Assembly: GCA_046538485.1 (NCBI GenBank)
Contig: JBKHIT010000050.1
Span: 1 to 37,878 of the forward strand
Direction of reading: 5' to 3'
Origin: Candidatus Brocadiia bacterium
GTDB taxonomy: Bacteria; Planctomycetota; Brocadiia; SM23-32
DNA length: 37,878 bases
Part shown: positions 17,288 through 27,192 of the stretch, piece by piece
Numbering within the stretch: position 1 is the stretch's first letter
How the letters are laid out: each line of letters starts with the position of its first letter
Notes under the pieces: model-generated
Told to the model about the DNA's origin: nothing
The model's database searches: none
The model's input: the letters and a program-made list of their open reading frames with translations, nothing else
Position numbers and translations under genes: made by a program

Positions 17288-20200
17288 ATGAATATCAGAA
17301 CAAAAAGACAACTGAATCATTTGGTCGCAGCTGTTGCGTGTCTGCTCGTGTCGCTCGCAATGGTCTGCCCCCGGGTATTCGCACAGTCAGACGCCCAAAT
17401 CAAAGCTTTGTTGTTGTTCGACGAACGGGTTAAAAAACTCGATCCGGGCCTCGAAGAAGTATTTCAAAAACGCAAAATAGAAACAACCATTCGCCCCCTC
17501 GGCAAACCGTTGAGTCCGGAAATGCTCCGTCTGTTCCCCCTGGTCATTCTTCCAGATTTTGACGGGTTGAAACCACCGCAGTTTGCCGTCGGGAAAAGCC
17601 TGCACAGCTACTACGCAGAAAAACGAAACATCGATCTGATTCTCGAGTACGTGCGGGACGGAGGAGGATTGGTTTTTTCGCCGTCAGTGCGAGGGGGCGG
17701 ACAACAAACGGTCCGGGGTTGCTCCGCCATTCTGGAACCTCTGGACGCGAAACTTATCGCCGCACAAATCCGCGATGACCAGCGTTCTGTCGTCGACGGA
17801 AATTACTCCTGGACTACCAATATCGACGATTCAGCAGTCAGTAAAGGCGTCGAAAGAATCGCCTACCCCACCAACCTGCTCCGCTGGGACGACGCCTACG
17901 CAACCGTCCCCCTCACAACGGAAGACCCGGCGTGGCAACCCGTTGTCCGTGGAATGCCCAAAAGCATCGCCGCTCGAGGTCTGAAAGACGAATGGTTTCC
18001 TGTTAATGACCATAAGTCGCCGGCCATGGCCGCCATTCGACCGTTCGGAAAAGGAAGGGTGGCCGTCCTGACCCTGAACCCGGCCTACACATTCGAAAAA
18101 GGCCTTTCAGAGATCGAACGCGGTTGGCTCGGTGAAGCCCATGTCGGACCCGTCAACGGAATTTTCTTGGAAAAAGGCGACGAAAAAGGTCGGAGCGACG
18201 GCCTGCAACTTATCCTGAATATGGTGCGGTGGACAGCGTCCGCCGGTGTAAAGGCAGGTTTTGGCGGTTACACGCAAGAAAAACTCGCCGCGCTCCCCGA
18301 ACCCAAAAAGCCGGACATCCCCGGGTGGTTAAAAGGCTGGAACACGGGGAATGCAAAGCCACAGAAAATTCTGATCGGTGCGCGAAGCCGCTACAGCAAC
18401 GGAAAAGGAAGCGTCAAAGATTTCGCCAGCGCCGCCCAGGATGCCGGCTGCAGCGTCTTGGTGATGAGCGAGACCTTCGAGGACATGAAAGCAAAAGACT
18501 GGCCGCAATTTGTCGACGACTGCCGCTCGGCAAGTTCGGAAAAACTGGTCGTCCTCCCCGGAATCGATATCCCGGACATTTATCTCAACCGCTACATTCT
18601 TTTCGGCCAACCGACTTTCCCCCAGCCGTTCATGCTCAATGAGGCCGGTGATGCCCTGAAGGAACTTCAGTACCTGGCCCACGGCTTCGGGACCCATTTC
18701 GCGGCCATCCATCGCCCCAGCACCACTCCCATGGTCCATCAACTCTACAAATTCTTCCAGGGCATCTCAGTCTACACCTATAAGGACGGGGAAGTTGTGG
18801 ACGACGCCCGGTTGGCGTACGAATGGCAGGCCAACAGCGCCAGTCTCCCTATCCCCATAGTTGTTCATGAATTTGATTCGCCGGAAAAGGTTCAGAAGGC
18901 CGCCTCCACCGGGCATCAGCTTTACGTCTGGGCCGACACCCCCCGCAATGCAGCGTGGTATGCCCGGGCGGGAGCTCAGCATTACTGGGCCTCGCCGTCG
19001 CATTTTCTCGTCACCTCCGGCCCCATGATCTCTGCGCTCGGCCGAAAATCAGCGCAGAGCGGAACCGTCACGGTCGAAAGCGAAGCGCCCATCGTGGACG
19101 TGCAACTCCGCAACCACCGTTTCGCCGAAAGACGCTGGCGCCCGAACGCCAGGAAAGCCCGACTGGATTACCACCTGCCGTGGTCCCATCTGCGGTGGAA
19201 TATTCTCTGGGTGGAAGACGCCAGAGGGCGCACGGCGATTACACCTCCGATGAAGTTCGGCCCGACACAACGGTACACGTTCCGATGCAGCGACCGGCAG
19301 AATTTCTTCGGATGGGCCTGGCGGTATCCGGGAACCCGACAGCGTGGCGCCTCCATAACCGCATGGGGAACTCACGAAGGCCGCGGAACCTGGCCTCACG
19401 GCGGCGGCGTCCGCCGAGGCGAAAACATGGCGCCGCTGCTGGAATTCCCCTATGCCAGCCCGGAAGTTTACATCACCGATGTCATACTCGATCAGCGCTA
19501 CTGGCGGGCCAACTGGCGCGATGTCGGCTACGACGCCGGCTCCCAGCAGGGAACAACCCGCAGCCGGGTCTACCAGGGCCGGGTCCGCTACCTCGACTTC
19601 AAAAAAGACAAAGAACATATCACTCGCGACCGCACCTGGATGGTGCGTGACTGGTGGCTGCGTCTCCGTATGCCAGTCGCGCCGGAAGGGCCTGTTTTCC
19701 CGGGCCTGACATCCGTCGGCCGCAAACCGCTCTACGGATACACAGACCCGGAAAGTGGCAAATACGTCACGGGCAAACTGGAAAAAGGCCACCTCGACCT
19801 CCCCCCCGGCAGCTGGGTTGGTCGTAAAAACAAAAACGTCCTCGTCTCCCTCAAAAGGGCTCTGCGCGTTACTGCACGGGGCAAAGTTGGTATCGCTGCG
19901 CCGAAAGATTCCGGCGCCCCAGTGCCCGTGGGAACAACCTGGAAAGCGCGATACGTCATAGTGCCACACAAAGAAATCGAAGATGTCCTCTCTTACATGG
20001 GTTTCGGCTCAGAAGTTCCGTACCGACTGCAACTTTCCCGAGGCTCCCTGGAAAAAATCGCTCTTATGGCCGAGATCAAGCCCGATGGATACGGCGCAGC
20101 CGGAAACGTTGAGCCGGCGAAGAAATTTCCGCTTCCCTACCCGCTCCCTGTCATGGTTCACGGACTCAACCCGAACTGGGAAGCCGGGCTCTGGCGCCCC

Positions 20201-20503
20201 GACGGCAAATTGGACAGATTCGGCATATTCGAGCGCGTGGGGCGGGCGGAACTGGATGTCACAAAAGAAGGGAAGTTTTACGCTGGCAACCTGATCACAG
20301 CTGACAACCCCCGCCTCCGGCTCAGCATCGCAGAATGGAAAAAAGACCTGATAACAGTCGTCGCCAATAATCCCACGACTTCAGACATTACGACCTTTCT
20401 CAAAACTCCCAGAGAGATCGATAACAAATACCGGCTGGAAGCGGAAGCCAAAATTCCCGCCGGCAAAAACATTCACCTGACGTTCCCCCAGAACAAGGAG
20501 TGA
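17288..20503 (+). CDS. Large secreted protein A: GATase-like N-domain, degenerate PHP (CehA/McbA-like) domain, beta-rich C-terminus
   Basis: Signal peptide (..PRVFA|QS); EYVRDGGGLV and FGKGRVAVL (GATase-like fold); GARSRYSNGKGSVKDFASAAQDAG, VLPGID, VTSGP; full-length paralogue of 20508-23804. Confidence 0.8.
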   Translation: MNIRTKRQLNHLVAAVACLLVSLAMVCPRVFAQSDAQIKALLLFDERVKKLDPGLEEVFQKRKIETTIRPLGKPLSPEMLRLFPLVILPDFDGLKPPQFAVGKSLHSYYAEKRNIDLILEYVRDGGGLVFSPSVRGGGQQTVRGCSAILEPLDAKLIAAQIRDDQRSVVDGNYSWTTNIDDSAVSKGVERIAYPTNLLRWDDAYATVPLTTEDPAWQPVVRGMPKSIAARGLKDEWFPVNDHKSPAMAAIRPFGKGRVAVLTLNPAYTFEKGLSEIERGWLGEAHVGPVNGIFLEKGDEKGRSDGLQLILNMVRWTASAGVKAGFGGYTQEKLAALPEPKKPDIPGWLKGWNTGNAKPQKILIGARSRYSNGKGSVKDFASAAQDAGCSVLVMSETFEDMKAKDWPQFVDDCRSASSEKLVVLPGIDIPDIYLNRYILFGQPTFPQPFMLNEAGDALKELQYLAHGFGTHFAAIHRPSTTPMVHQLYKFFQGISVYTYKDGEVVDDARLAYEWQANSASLPIPIVVHEFDSPEKVQKAASTGHQLYVWADTPRNAAWYARAGAQHYWASPSHFLVTSGPMISALGRKSAQSGTVTVESEAPIVDVQLRNHRFAERRWRPNARKARLDYHLPWSHLRWNILWVEDARGRTAITPPMKFGPTQRYTFRCSDRQNFFGWAWRYPGTRQRGASITAWGTHEGRGTWPHGGGVRRGENMAPLLEFPYASPEVYITDVILDQRYWRANWRDVGYDAGSQQGTTRSRVYQGRVRYLDFKKDKEHITRDRTWMVRDWWLRLRMPVAPEGPVFPGLTSVGRKPLYGYTDPESGKYVTGKLEKGHLDLPPGSWVGRKNKNVLVSLKRALRVTARGKVGIAAPKDSGAPVPVGTTWKARYVIVPHKEIEDVLSYMGFGSEVPYRLQLSRGSLEKIALMAEIKPDGYGAAGNVEPAKKFPLPYPLPVMVHGLNPNWEAGLWRPDGKLDRFGIFERVGRAELDVTKEGKFYAGNLITADNPRLRLSIAEWKKDLITVVANNPTTSDITTFLKTPREIDNKYRLEAEAKIPAGKNIHLTFPQNKE

Positions 20504-20507
20504 ACCG

Positions 20508-23500
20508 ATGTTCGGAAAACGTTTGATTTCGCTGATTGTGCTCGCCGGACTCATGCTGGCCTCTACTGTCTCCGGTGCCGAATTGCCCGATCCAAAAACG
20601 GGAGCCCCGGATGGAAACCCCATGAGTCTGCTCCTGATTGAGTCCGGCGGCCACGGGATTATCGATCCCCAGCTCAAAAAAGAGCTGGACCAAAAGGGAT
20701 ATAAACTCCGGATTCTGAAATCTTTCGGCGCTTACAAATTTGACGTCGATTACCTCAAGAATTTCAGCGCGGTGCTCCTCTCCGGCTATCCCGGCAGCAA
20801 AGACACATTCGGAGTCGGAAGCTGGAGGACGGCTCAGACTCTGGAGCCGAATACCAGAACGCTCCACGATTACGTCCAGAACGGCGGATCGATCTTCCTC
20901 ATCCCGGATTACGGCGGCGGCGGTCGTTCCAAGTTGCGAGCGTGCAATAAGTTCCTCAAACCTTACGTCGCGCGCTACCTGCCACAGCAACTCATGCCTG
21001 ATCCTGATTTCAAGGACACTTGGACGGAAGCCCGGATCCATCCCGGTCACCCGATCACAAAAAACCTGGCAAACCTTGCCTACCCCGCCGACGTGCTGCG
21101 CTGGGACACGGCCTGCTCGGCCAATCCGATCCTTGTCGGGGACGGCTGGACAGTTCTGGCTTCCGCAGCCGAAGGTCACGGCACTTACGTCGTCAAAAGC
21201 AACAATGGCGTCTTCCCGGAACGCCAGACCGAACATCGGAATCTCTGGGTCGTGCGGAAGTCCGGCAAAGGGACCGTCGCTCTCTCCGGCATCAACGCTT
21301 TTTATATCCTCAGCCACGCCTATCACAAAAAGAACAGCGTCGGGGAAGCCGGAACAGGGAAGATTGACGGTGTTTTCATGCATGGCAAGGAAAACGGCCC
21401 GGCCAGCGAAGGTTTTAAATTTCTCGACCGCACGCTTCGTTATCTCGGCTCGCAGAGCGCGAAAAATGGCATCGGCGGAAAAGACCCCGGCGAGCCGACC
21501 AAACTGCCACTGCCCGAGACGCAAAGGGTGATGGACTGGGACAAACGCGAGATTCCCCCCACCTGGGCGAGCAAAGTCGTTCCCGACCGGCGCACATGGG
21601 TTTTTGATCCGTATCCCGACCCCACCATCGATAAGATCGATTATTACAAAGCGCTCGTCGGTCCTCGAACCGAGTACAGCGTCGGCGAAGGTTCGGTGAA
21701 AGACTGGCGCAAAGCCGCAATGGATGCCGGCTATGACGCGATCATGTTCGCCGATCTCATGGAACACACCACGCGGGAAGAATTCCAGCAGCTCGTTGAA
21801 GATTGCGAGAAAAACTCCGACGAAAACTTTGTCTGTCTGCCCGGGCTTGATGCCGCGGATTCTCAGGACACCCGCTATCTGCTGCTGGGTCTTGATCAGT
21901 ATCCGCTCCCGCAGTGGACGACACATTTTGGGCGGCGCATTCTGCACACCCCGAACCTGTCCCTGGGATTGGGCGGGCGGAAGATGGTCAGTCTCCACCA
22001 TCCCACCCGATCGGGAATGCAGCCACAGATGTTCAAACACTACCAGGGCATCACGGTCTACACTTATGATGAAAAGGGAAACCTGATCGACGACGGTCTC
22101 TTTGAGTACCAGTGGCAAATCAGCAGCGATAGCAATCCGATTCCCATCGCGGCTCACGAATTGACTTCACCCTCGCAGGTCGCGAAAGCGGCGCGGTCGG
22201 GATTCCAGCAGATCCTTCCCGCCCCGAGTATCACACGCGGCGTTGAATATTTCCGCCATCCCCACGCCCTCTATTTCACATGCCCGGTACGCTATTTTAT
22301 CAGCGAAGGACCGATTCTGGATGGCTGGAGCATTCTCAACAAAGATATCAAAGGACCCGAGCTCAACCGCGATCGCTATCGGATGGCCGTCGGCGTGAGC
22401 AGCGACGCCAACATAAAGGATATCACGCTTTATGACGGTTTCCGACTGGCCCGCCGCTGGCGTCCCGAGAGCAACGATTTCGACACCCTCGTTGTCGGCG
22501 AACACGACGCTCAGCACATGTATATGCTCGTCGCGGAAGATGAAAAGGGCCGGCGTGTCGTCTCGCCTCAGATTCGCACGGTGGTGCGGAATTATCGTTT
22601 GCGTTGCGGCGATCGACAGAACTGGCTCGGTTCCCAACCCAATTGGTGTATCTATCCGGGGTGGCGTCGCACCTACGGACACTGGAGGTTGCCTCTGCGC
22701 AACGCGCGCGAATCGACGGGATACTGGGACAAGGAAGCCGTCTTCTTCGAGTTCCCGTTCTACTCCAATCATTTTGTGATGACCGATCTGAACGCCTCTA
22801 AAAAATTCGTGAGCGTCTTCGGCGGGCCGCATATGACCGCGGGCGATTCTTCGCCCATGTTCAACGTCCAGGACAAGGATTTCACCGAAACTTACGTCCG
22901 CACCCTCTATCGGAATCCGCCCAAACGGAAAGATTTCAACGTCCTCATGGTCGAAACGACCATCAGGGTCAAACGCGATCTGGAGCCGGTAATCAACGGA
23001 CCGATCTATCCGGCGATACGCGTGCGCAATGAAGGCAGACGTCTCATTCTGCCCGGCAAGGAACCGACAACCCTCCCGGCGGAAAAACTCACCAAATTGC
23101 CGGTCGGGAGTTATCTGGGTGGATGGATTCCGCTCACGGAAGGTCTGGTGATGAAAGGCAAAAGAGTCGGCTACCCGGCACCGGACAATATGGATGTGGT
23201 TCCCCGAGGGACGGAATGGACGGCGCGTTATCTCCTTCTGTCCGGCAAACGCTGGTGGTGGCGTGCGGGCGGCAAAGGCAAAATCGATCCTCGCGCCGAG
23301 CAAGCGCTCAATCAGATGGGGTTCCGTGGTGACCCGCCGTACTCTTTCGATCTCAAACAGGGCAAACTGGAAAATATCGGATACTGGGTTGATTTCCAGG
23401 CTGCTGATGGGGGTATCCGCGGCGGGCTCAAAAACTCCGAAGGTGAGAAGATTCTCTATGACCTGCCCTGCCGTATACACGGTCTTAACCGCCGCCACCC

Positions 23501-23804
23501 GGCTGCCCTGTGGCGTTCCGACGCGAAATATGTCGAATGGTTCGGTGTTCACGAGGGAATCGGCTACGTCCCCCTCAACGGGGACAGAAATGTCGATTTC
23601 TACGCCGGCAACATCGTCCAGACGGATCCGCGGTTGTTTGTGGCCGTGCTGACGTGGACGGCCGACAGGGCCGAGTTCCGCGTTAACAATCCCACGACAA
23701 ACGCCATAACGACCACCTTCGCCACCGTCCAGGAGATTACCGGGCACAAACAAATCAAAAAACAGATAACAGTCCCGGGCGGGCGATCGGTAACGGTTAA
23801 ATAA
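20508..23804 (+). CDS. Large secreted protein B: paralogue of protein A
   Basis: Signal peptide (..STVSG|AE); DYVQNGGSIF, SGKGTVAL; GPRTEYSVGEGSVKDWRKAAMDAG, CLPGLD, ISEGP; AAGGAG RBS; 4 nt after the stop of A. Confidence 0.8.
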   Translation: MFGKRLISLIVLAGLMLASTVSGAELPDPKTGAPDGNPMSLLLIESGGHGIIDPQLKKELDQKGYKLRILKSFGAYKFDVDYLKNFSAVLLSGYPGSKDTFGVGSWRTAQTLEPNTRTLHDYVQNGGSIFLIPDYGGGGRSKLRACNKFLKPYVARYLPQQLMPDPDFKDTWTEARIHPGHPITKNLANLAYPADVLRWDTACSANPILVGDGWTVLASAAEGHGTYVVKSNNGVFPERQTEHRNLWVVRKSGKGTVALSGINAFYILSHAYHKKNSVGEAGTGKIDGVFMHGKENGPASEGFKFLDRTLRYLGSQSAKNGIGGKDPGEPTKLPLPETQRVMDWDKREIPPTWASKVVPDRRTWVFDPYPDPTIDKIDYYKALVGPRTEYSVGEGSVKDWRKAAMDAGYDAIMFADLMEHTTREEFQQLVEDCEKNSDENFVCLPGLDAADSQDTRYLLLGLDQYPLPQWTTHFGRRILHTPNLSLGLGGRKMVSLHHPTRSGMQPQMFKHYQGITVYTYDEKGNLIDDGLFEYQWQISSDSNPIPIAAHELTSPSQVAKAARSGFQQILPAPSITRGVEYFRHPHALYFTCPVRYFISEGPILDGWSILNKDIKGPELNRDRYRMAVGVSSDANIKDITLYDGFRLARRWRPESNDFDTLVVGEHDAQHMYMLVAEDEKGRRVVSPQIRTVVRNYRLRCGDRQNWLGSQPNWCIYPGWRRTYGHWRLPLRNARESTGYWDKEAVFFEFPFYSNHFVMTDLNASKKFVSVFGGPHMTAGDSSPMFNVQDKDFTETYVRTLYRNPPKRKDFNVLMVETTIRVKRDLEPVINGPIYPAIRVRNEGRRLILPGKEPTTLPAEKLTKLPVGSYLGGWIPLTEGLVMKGKRVGYPAPDNMDVVPRGTEWTARYLLLSGKRWWWRAGGKGKIDPRAEQALNQMGFRGDPPYSFDLKQGKLENIGYWVDFQAADGGIRGGLKNSEGEKILYDLPCRIHGLNRRHPAALWRSDAKYVEWFGVHEGIGYVPLNGDRNVDFYAGNIVQTDPRLFVAVLTWTADRAEFRVNNPTTNAITTTFATVQEITGHKQIKKQITVPGGRSVTVK

Positions 23805-23892
23805 GAGCGGCTTTTCGAGTGTTAGCAAACCAGAAAAGCGTCAACGGCAGATGAAGGAGAAAGATAACTTACCAGGACGAAATCTTGGGGCA

Positions 23893-23933
23893 GCGGACTG
23901 GACTTCAGCCGGAGGCTGGAGTTCAGAACGCGG
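23893..23933 (+). repeat. REP-like family A
   Basis: GCGGACTGGACTTCAGCC GGA GGCTGGAGTTCAGAACGCGG. Confidence 0.88.
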
Positions 23934-24029
23934 ACCTGCAGCTCTTGAGCATTGTCCGGACTCGCAACAACTTTCGGCTTGTGGAAACTTTCCACAATAT
24001 ACCCCGGCCTCACGTATCCGTGAACAACA

Positions 24030-24302
24030 AAAACCTGAAGCCACATGCGTTTGTAGCTCACCCTTTGGCAGAAGGCTACACAGGCACTCGCCGCATGGCG
24101 CATTGCAATGACAGGACTTCCGGGAAAGCGCTTCTCAGGGCCAACGGCCCGGCAGATAATAGCCCAGGGTACAGAGGGCTGAAAGTCCTCGGCGCCCTGG
24201 GTTAAGGATGCGAGGAAAATATAGTGGGCTGAAGGCCCACCATAAATCCGCTCCCAAAATACCGTATCAGGAGCGGACTGGACTTCAGAACCGCTCCCGC
24301 GG
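24030..24302 (+). repeat. ~265-bp structured composite repeat, copy 2
   Basis: Direct repeat of 1903-2224 lacking the 48-bp insert; ends in the left arm of family A. Confidence 0.93.
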
Positions 24303-24340
24303 CATTCGAGTTTAGCGTGTGTTATGTAGTCTAAAAAGAG

Positions 24341-24586
24341 GCCCGGTAGGGCCGATGCAGACTTAGCCCCGGGCGAGCCCGATTCAGGCAGAGCCCGGGG
24401 GAGAGGACGGCTAACAATGCGGAGCGGATCGCACGGACGAGGTCCGTCGCCGCTTCTGCGGCGCTCGCCTGCGGCGAGGCGATCCGCATTCTTTCTCTTA
24501 CGTTCCGTTATCCCAGGGCTCGTTCGGCCGAACAACGGCCTCACTTCACACCTGGGCTAAGTCTGCTGCGCCCGCTCCGCGGGCTG
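24341..24586. repeat. REPIN-like long inverted repeat
   Basis: GCAGACTTAGCCC (24357-24369) / GGGCTAAGTCTGC (24554-24566) perfect IR; nested GCGGATCGC (24424) / GCGATCCGC (24479); small terminal hairpins GCCC..GGGC. Confidence 0.75.
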
Positions 24587-24622
24587 ACGGATCAAACGCA
24601 CCCGGACGCTTAACTGATACCT

Positions 24623-24663
24623 GCGGGGCTGGAGTTCAGAACGCGGTGCGTAAACCTGCAGGT
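24623..24663 (+). repeat. REP-like family A right half
   Basis: GCGGGGCTGGAGTTCAGAACGCGGTGCGTAAACCTGCAGGT; matches 30810-30850 and 2221-2257. Confidence 0.8.
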
Positions 24664-24744
24664 TTCGCGGCGGAGCGCTGGCCCGGTGTTTGGCCGGCCC
24701 CGCCACGGCGGGGGCGAACGACAAACGGCAGGTCCGCCTCGCCC

Positions 24745-27054
24745 TCACGAAGCTTCCACTACAAACTCAATCTCCGCGTTCCGCACAACGTCTCCGCACT
24801 TTACGGTAACTGTCACCACCGCCAGGCCCGTCTCCCCCGCAATCGCCACCCCGTTCTCGGCCGCCGCCACTCTATCGGGCAAATCGCTCGAAAATTCTAT
24901 CCTCGCGTCTCTCAGATCCGCCACGTAGCCGTTCTCCGTCCGGCCCATGACCGTCAATTTTGCCTCATCACCCGACGATAACCGGACAGCACCGGTATAT
25001 TCGCCATCGGCCGATACAAAAATCTTCTCAAGCGGATCATCATCTTCCGCAAACGGATAATTTTTTGTCAGACCGATCGGACGCGGATCGACTTCTTCGA
25101 TACCCAGCTCCCGCGCCGGAGAATCGTGGCGGAACCTGTAATCGCCGGCTTCCGGATCAAAAAAACGGGGGTTACCGATTCGGGAGGAACCATCATATTT
25201 TTCGTCAAGAATCTCACGCCACTGTTCCCAATCTTCGATTTCCGGGACGTTTTTAATCCCATAATTTCCCGCCGAATTCCAGAGCAGGTTCCGCTCGCTG
25301 CTTTCAAGGCGATCTTCCTGCCAATCTTCGTCCGTGTCGTGGTTGGAAAACTCATAAACCGTATCCCCGGTCTCGTAAAAAATGTTCCGTTCGATCAGGA
25401 GCCGACGGTTGGGCTCCTGGGCCATCTCGATAAAACACGCCGCATCATCGGCCTCGTTTTGGGCCACGACATTATTGACAATCCTGTTGTCCTGCCCCTT
25501 GATCAGAAGCGGCGCCCACAAACGCCCTTCGCCCTCCGTCCGAAGGCGTTCCACGATATTCTTCTCAACCAAAAACTCATCGCACCCGTCGTCCAGGTAA
25601 ATTGCGAAACCGAACGACATGTAAATATTGCTGTCATGCACGTGGTTATTGGAAATTACGTTCCCCGTACCAGCTCCCCAGGCCTCGAAAACCCCGGTAT
25701 CCTGAGAATCCGTATTCACCCGGAACATATTGTTAAATTCGATGCGGTTGTTTCGAGCATGAGCGAAATCTTTGGCATTGTCCCGTGTCACCTCCACACC
25801 ATCGATTGTTTTCCCGACAAGAACCCCGGGTCGCGGGCTTTTAAGGCTGATCGCATACCGGGGAGCGTGATGGATGCGGTTGTGCGATATCACATTATCG
25901 CCACTCTGGGAGAGCTGAACCCCCGCCCCGTGCCGGATGATGCGCCCGACATGGTGAATGTGATTGTTGGAAATCTCATGATCGCAACTCAAATACTCAC
26001 GCGTGCTGGAAGGACCGGAGATGTATACCCCGGTGAAACCCAGAGACCTGATTTCGTTCCCGCAGGTCCGACATCCCTGGCTCGCCCCATCGATTCGAAC
26101 ACCGCAACGTCCGCCGTTCTGAATCCTGCAGCCTGTAATGTCAACATTGCGCGCGTTGGAGAGATGAATGACCCCTTCTCCATCGCCCGCAACGTCAAAA
26201 TCAAGTCCTTCAAACTTAATATTTCCAGCGGGGCAGTCTTTGCCATCCCCTTCAACACGAACAATGACCGGGACAGACGGAACCACGATCTCCTGGTTTT
26301 CAGTCGTGCCGCTGAACGGTTTGTAGTACAACCATTTCTCATATTCATCGAGGGCAAATTCTCCGGGTTCGTTCAGAAACTCGTGCTGGCTCTGAATAAA
26401 GTACCGCGAGCCCGGTCCGATGTCATAATTTGCATTTCGTGCCAGAGTTACGGTGCGGGATTCGGTATCAATATCTTCGATCGACAGAATCTGGAAACTC
26501 CAGTTCCATTCTCCTTCTACACCACCCGGCCAGAGTCCGATTTCGACCCGTTCGGGATCGGCGTTCTCGATCGGATCGCCCGGGGCATACCGGAACTGTC
26601 GATGTGAATTCTCCTCGACCATCTCGGCAACCCGGGAATAGCTCTCGGAGGGCAGACGCGCGAGGTGAGCGCGCTGGCTATTCTCAAAGAGTGATCCGGG
26701 CACATCCAGATCCTCGACAGAAACGCGAAATATCCCGTCTCCGGCATCTTTCCAGCCGGTCAAAGCGGTGCCCCCGCAGAGAACCGGCCGCTCGCCTGGA
26801 TAGGCCTGCCAGCTGACTTTCGAGCCTTCCGGCGGCGATTCCTGGGGACCGAGCACCAGCGGTTCTTCCAGATAGTACGTCCCGGAGCGGATCAGGACGT
26901 TGATCTCTCCGTCCGGGCCTTCAGCAATTGCCGCTCTGACCGCTTCGCGAGCCCGATGCAAGGTCAGGAACGGGCCATCGGTCTTCTCGTTATTGGGCTC
27001 TTCAATTTCGCCATTCCAACCGTCATTACCTTCAGGTGAAACGTAAAAAATCAT
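24745..27054 (-). CDS. Right-handed parallel beta-helix protein (pectin-lyase-like fold, putative GH/PL) with C-terminal Ig-like (Big_2-like) domain
   Basis: FYVSPEGNDGWNG..DGPFLTLHRAREAVR, GTYYLEEPL, repeated ISNNHIHH/ISHNRIHH/IEFNN units, IYLDDG; C-terminal IEFSSD..VAAAENGVAIAGETGLAVVTVT. Start set at ATG 27054 after GAGG; no signal peptide. Confidence 0.87.
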   Translation of the reverse strand: MIFYVSPEGNDGWNGEIEEPNNEKTDGPFLTLHRAREAVRAAIAEGPDGEINVLIRSGTYYLEEPLVLGPQESPPEGSKVSWQAYPGERPVLCGGTALTGWKDAGDGIFRVSVEDLDVPGSLFENSQRAHLARLPSESYSRVAEMVEENSHRQFRYAPGDPIENADPERVEIGLWPGGVEGEWNWSFQILSIEDIDTESRTVTLARNANYDIGPGSRYFIQSQHEFLNEPGEFALDEYEKWLYYKPFSGTTENQEIVVPSVPVIVRVEGDGKDCPAGNIKFEGLDFDVAGDGEGVIHLSNARNVDITGCRIQNGGRCGVRIDGASQGCRTCGNEIRSLGFTGVYISGPSSTREYLSCDHEISNNHIHHVGRIIRHGAGVQLSQSGDNVISHNRIHHAPRYAISLKSPRPGVLVGKTIDGVEVTRDNAKDFAHARNNRIEFNNMFRVNTDSQDTGVFEAWGAGTGNVISNNHVHDSNIYMSFGFAIYLDDGCDEFLVEKNIVERLRTEGEGRLWAPLLIKGQDNRIVNNVVAQNEADDAACFIEMAQEPNRRLLIERNIFYETGDTVYEFSNHDTDEDWQEDRLESSERNLLWNSAGNYGIKNVPEIEDWEQWREILDEKYDGSSRIGNPRFFDPEAGDYRFRHDSPARELGIEEVDPRPIGLTKNYPFAEDDDPLEKIFVSADGEYTGAVRLSSGDEAKLTVMGRTENGYVADLRDARIEFSSDLPDRVAAAENGVAIAGETGLAVVTVTVKCGDVVRNAEIEFVVEAS

Positions 27055-27192
27055 CTTGTCCTCATCTTTCGAAATGAGACTCTGATTTCGCATTGAAAGC
27101 GCTTCGGGCAGGGCTTTCTCGCCTTTTGCTGACACCAAATAAGAACTCCTGCGTTTCGCGTCGAACACAACGGACGCATGAATGGTACCTTA

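Noticed and set aside
20400..23828. Long antisense ORFs (585 and 553 aa), and similar ones at 25126-26607, 27093-28556, 31298-32515, 4892-5911 and 16287-17258
   Set aside because: They are shadows of well-supported genes on the opposite strand in GC-rich DNA, with no recognisable motifs.
23805..23935. Rho-independent terminator after the giant-protein operon
   Set aside because: No stem followed by a U-tract; the hairpin present is a family A repeat.
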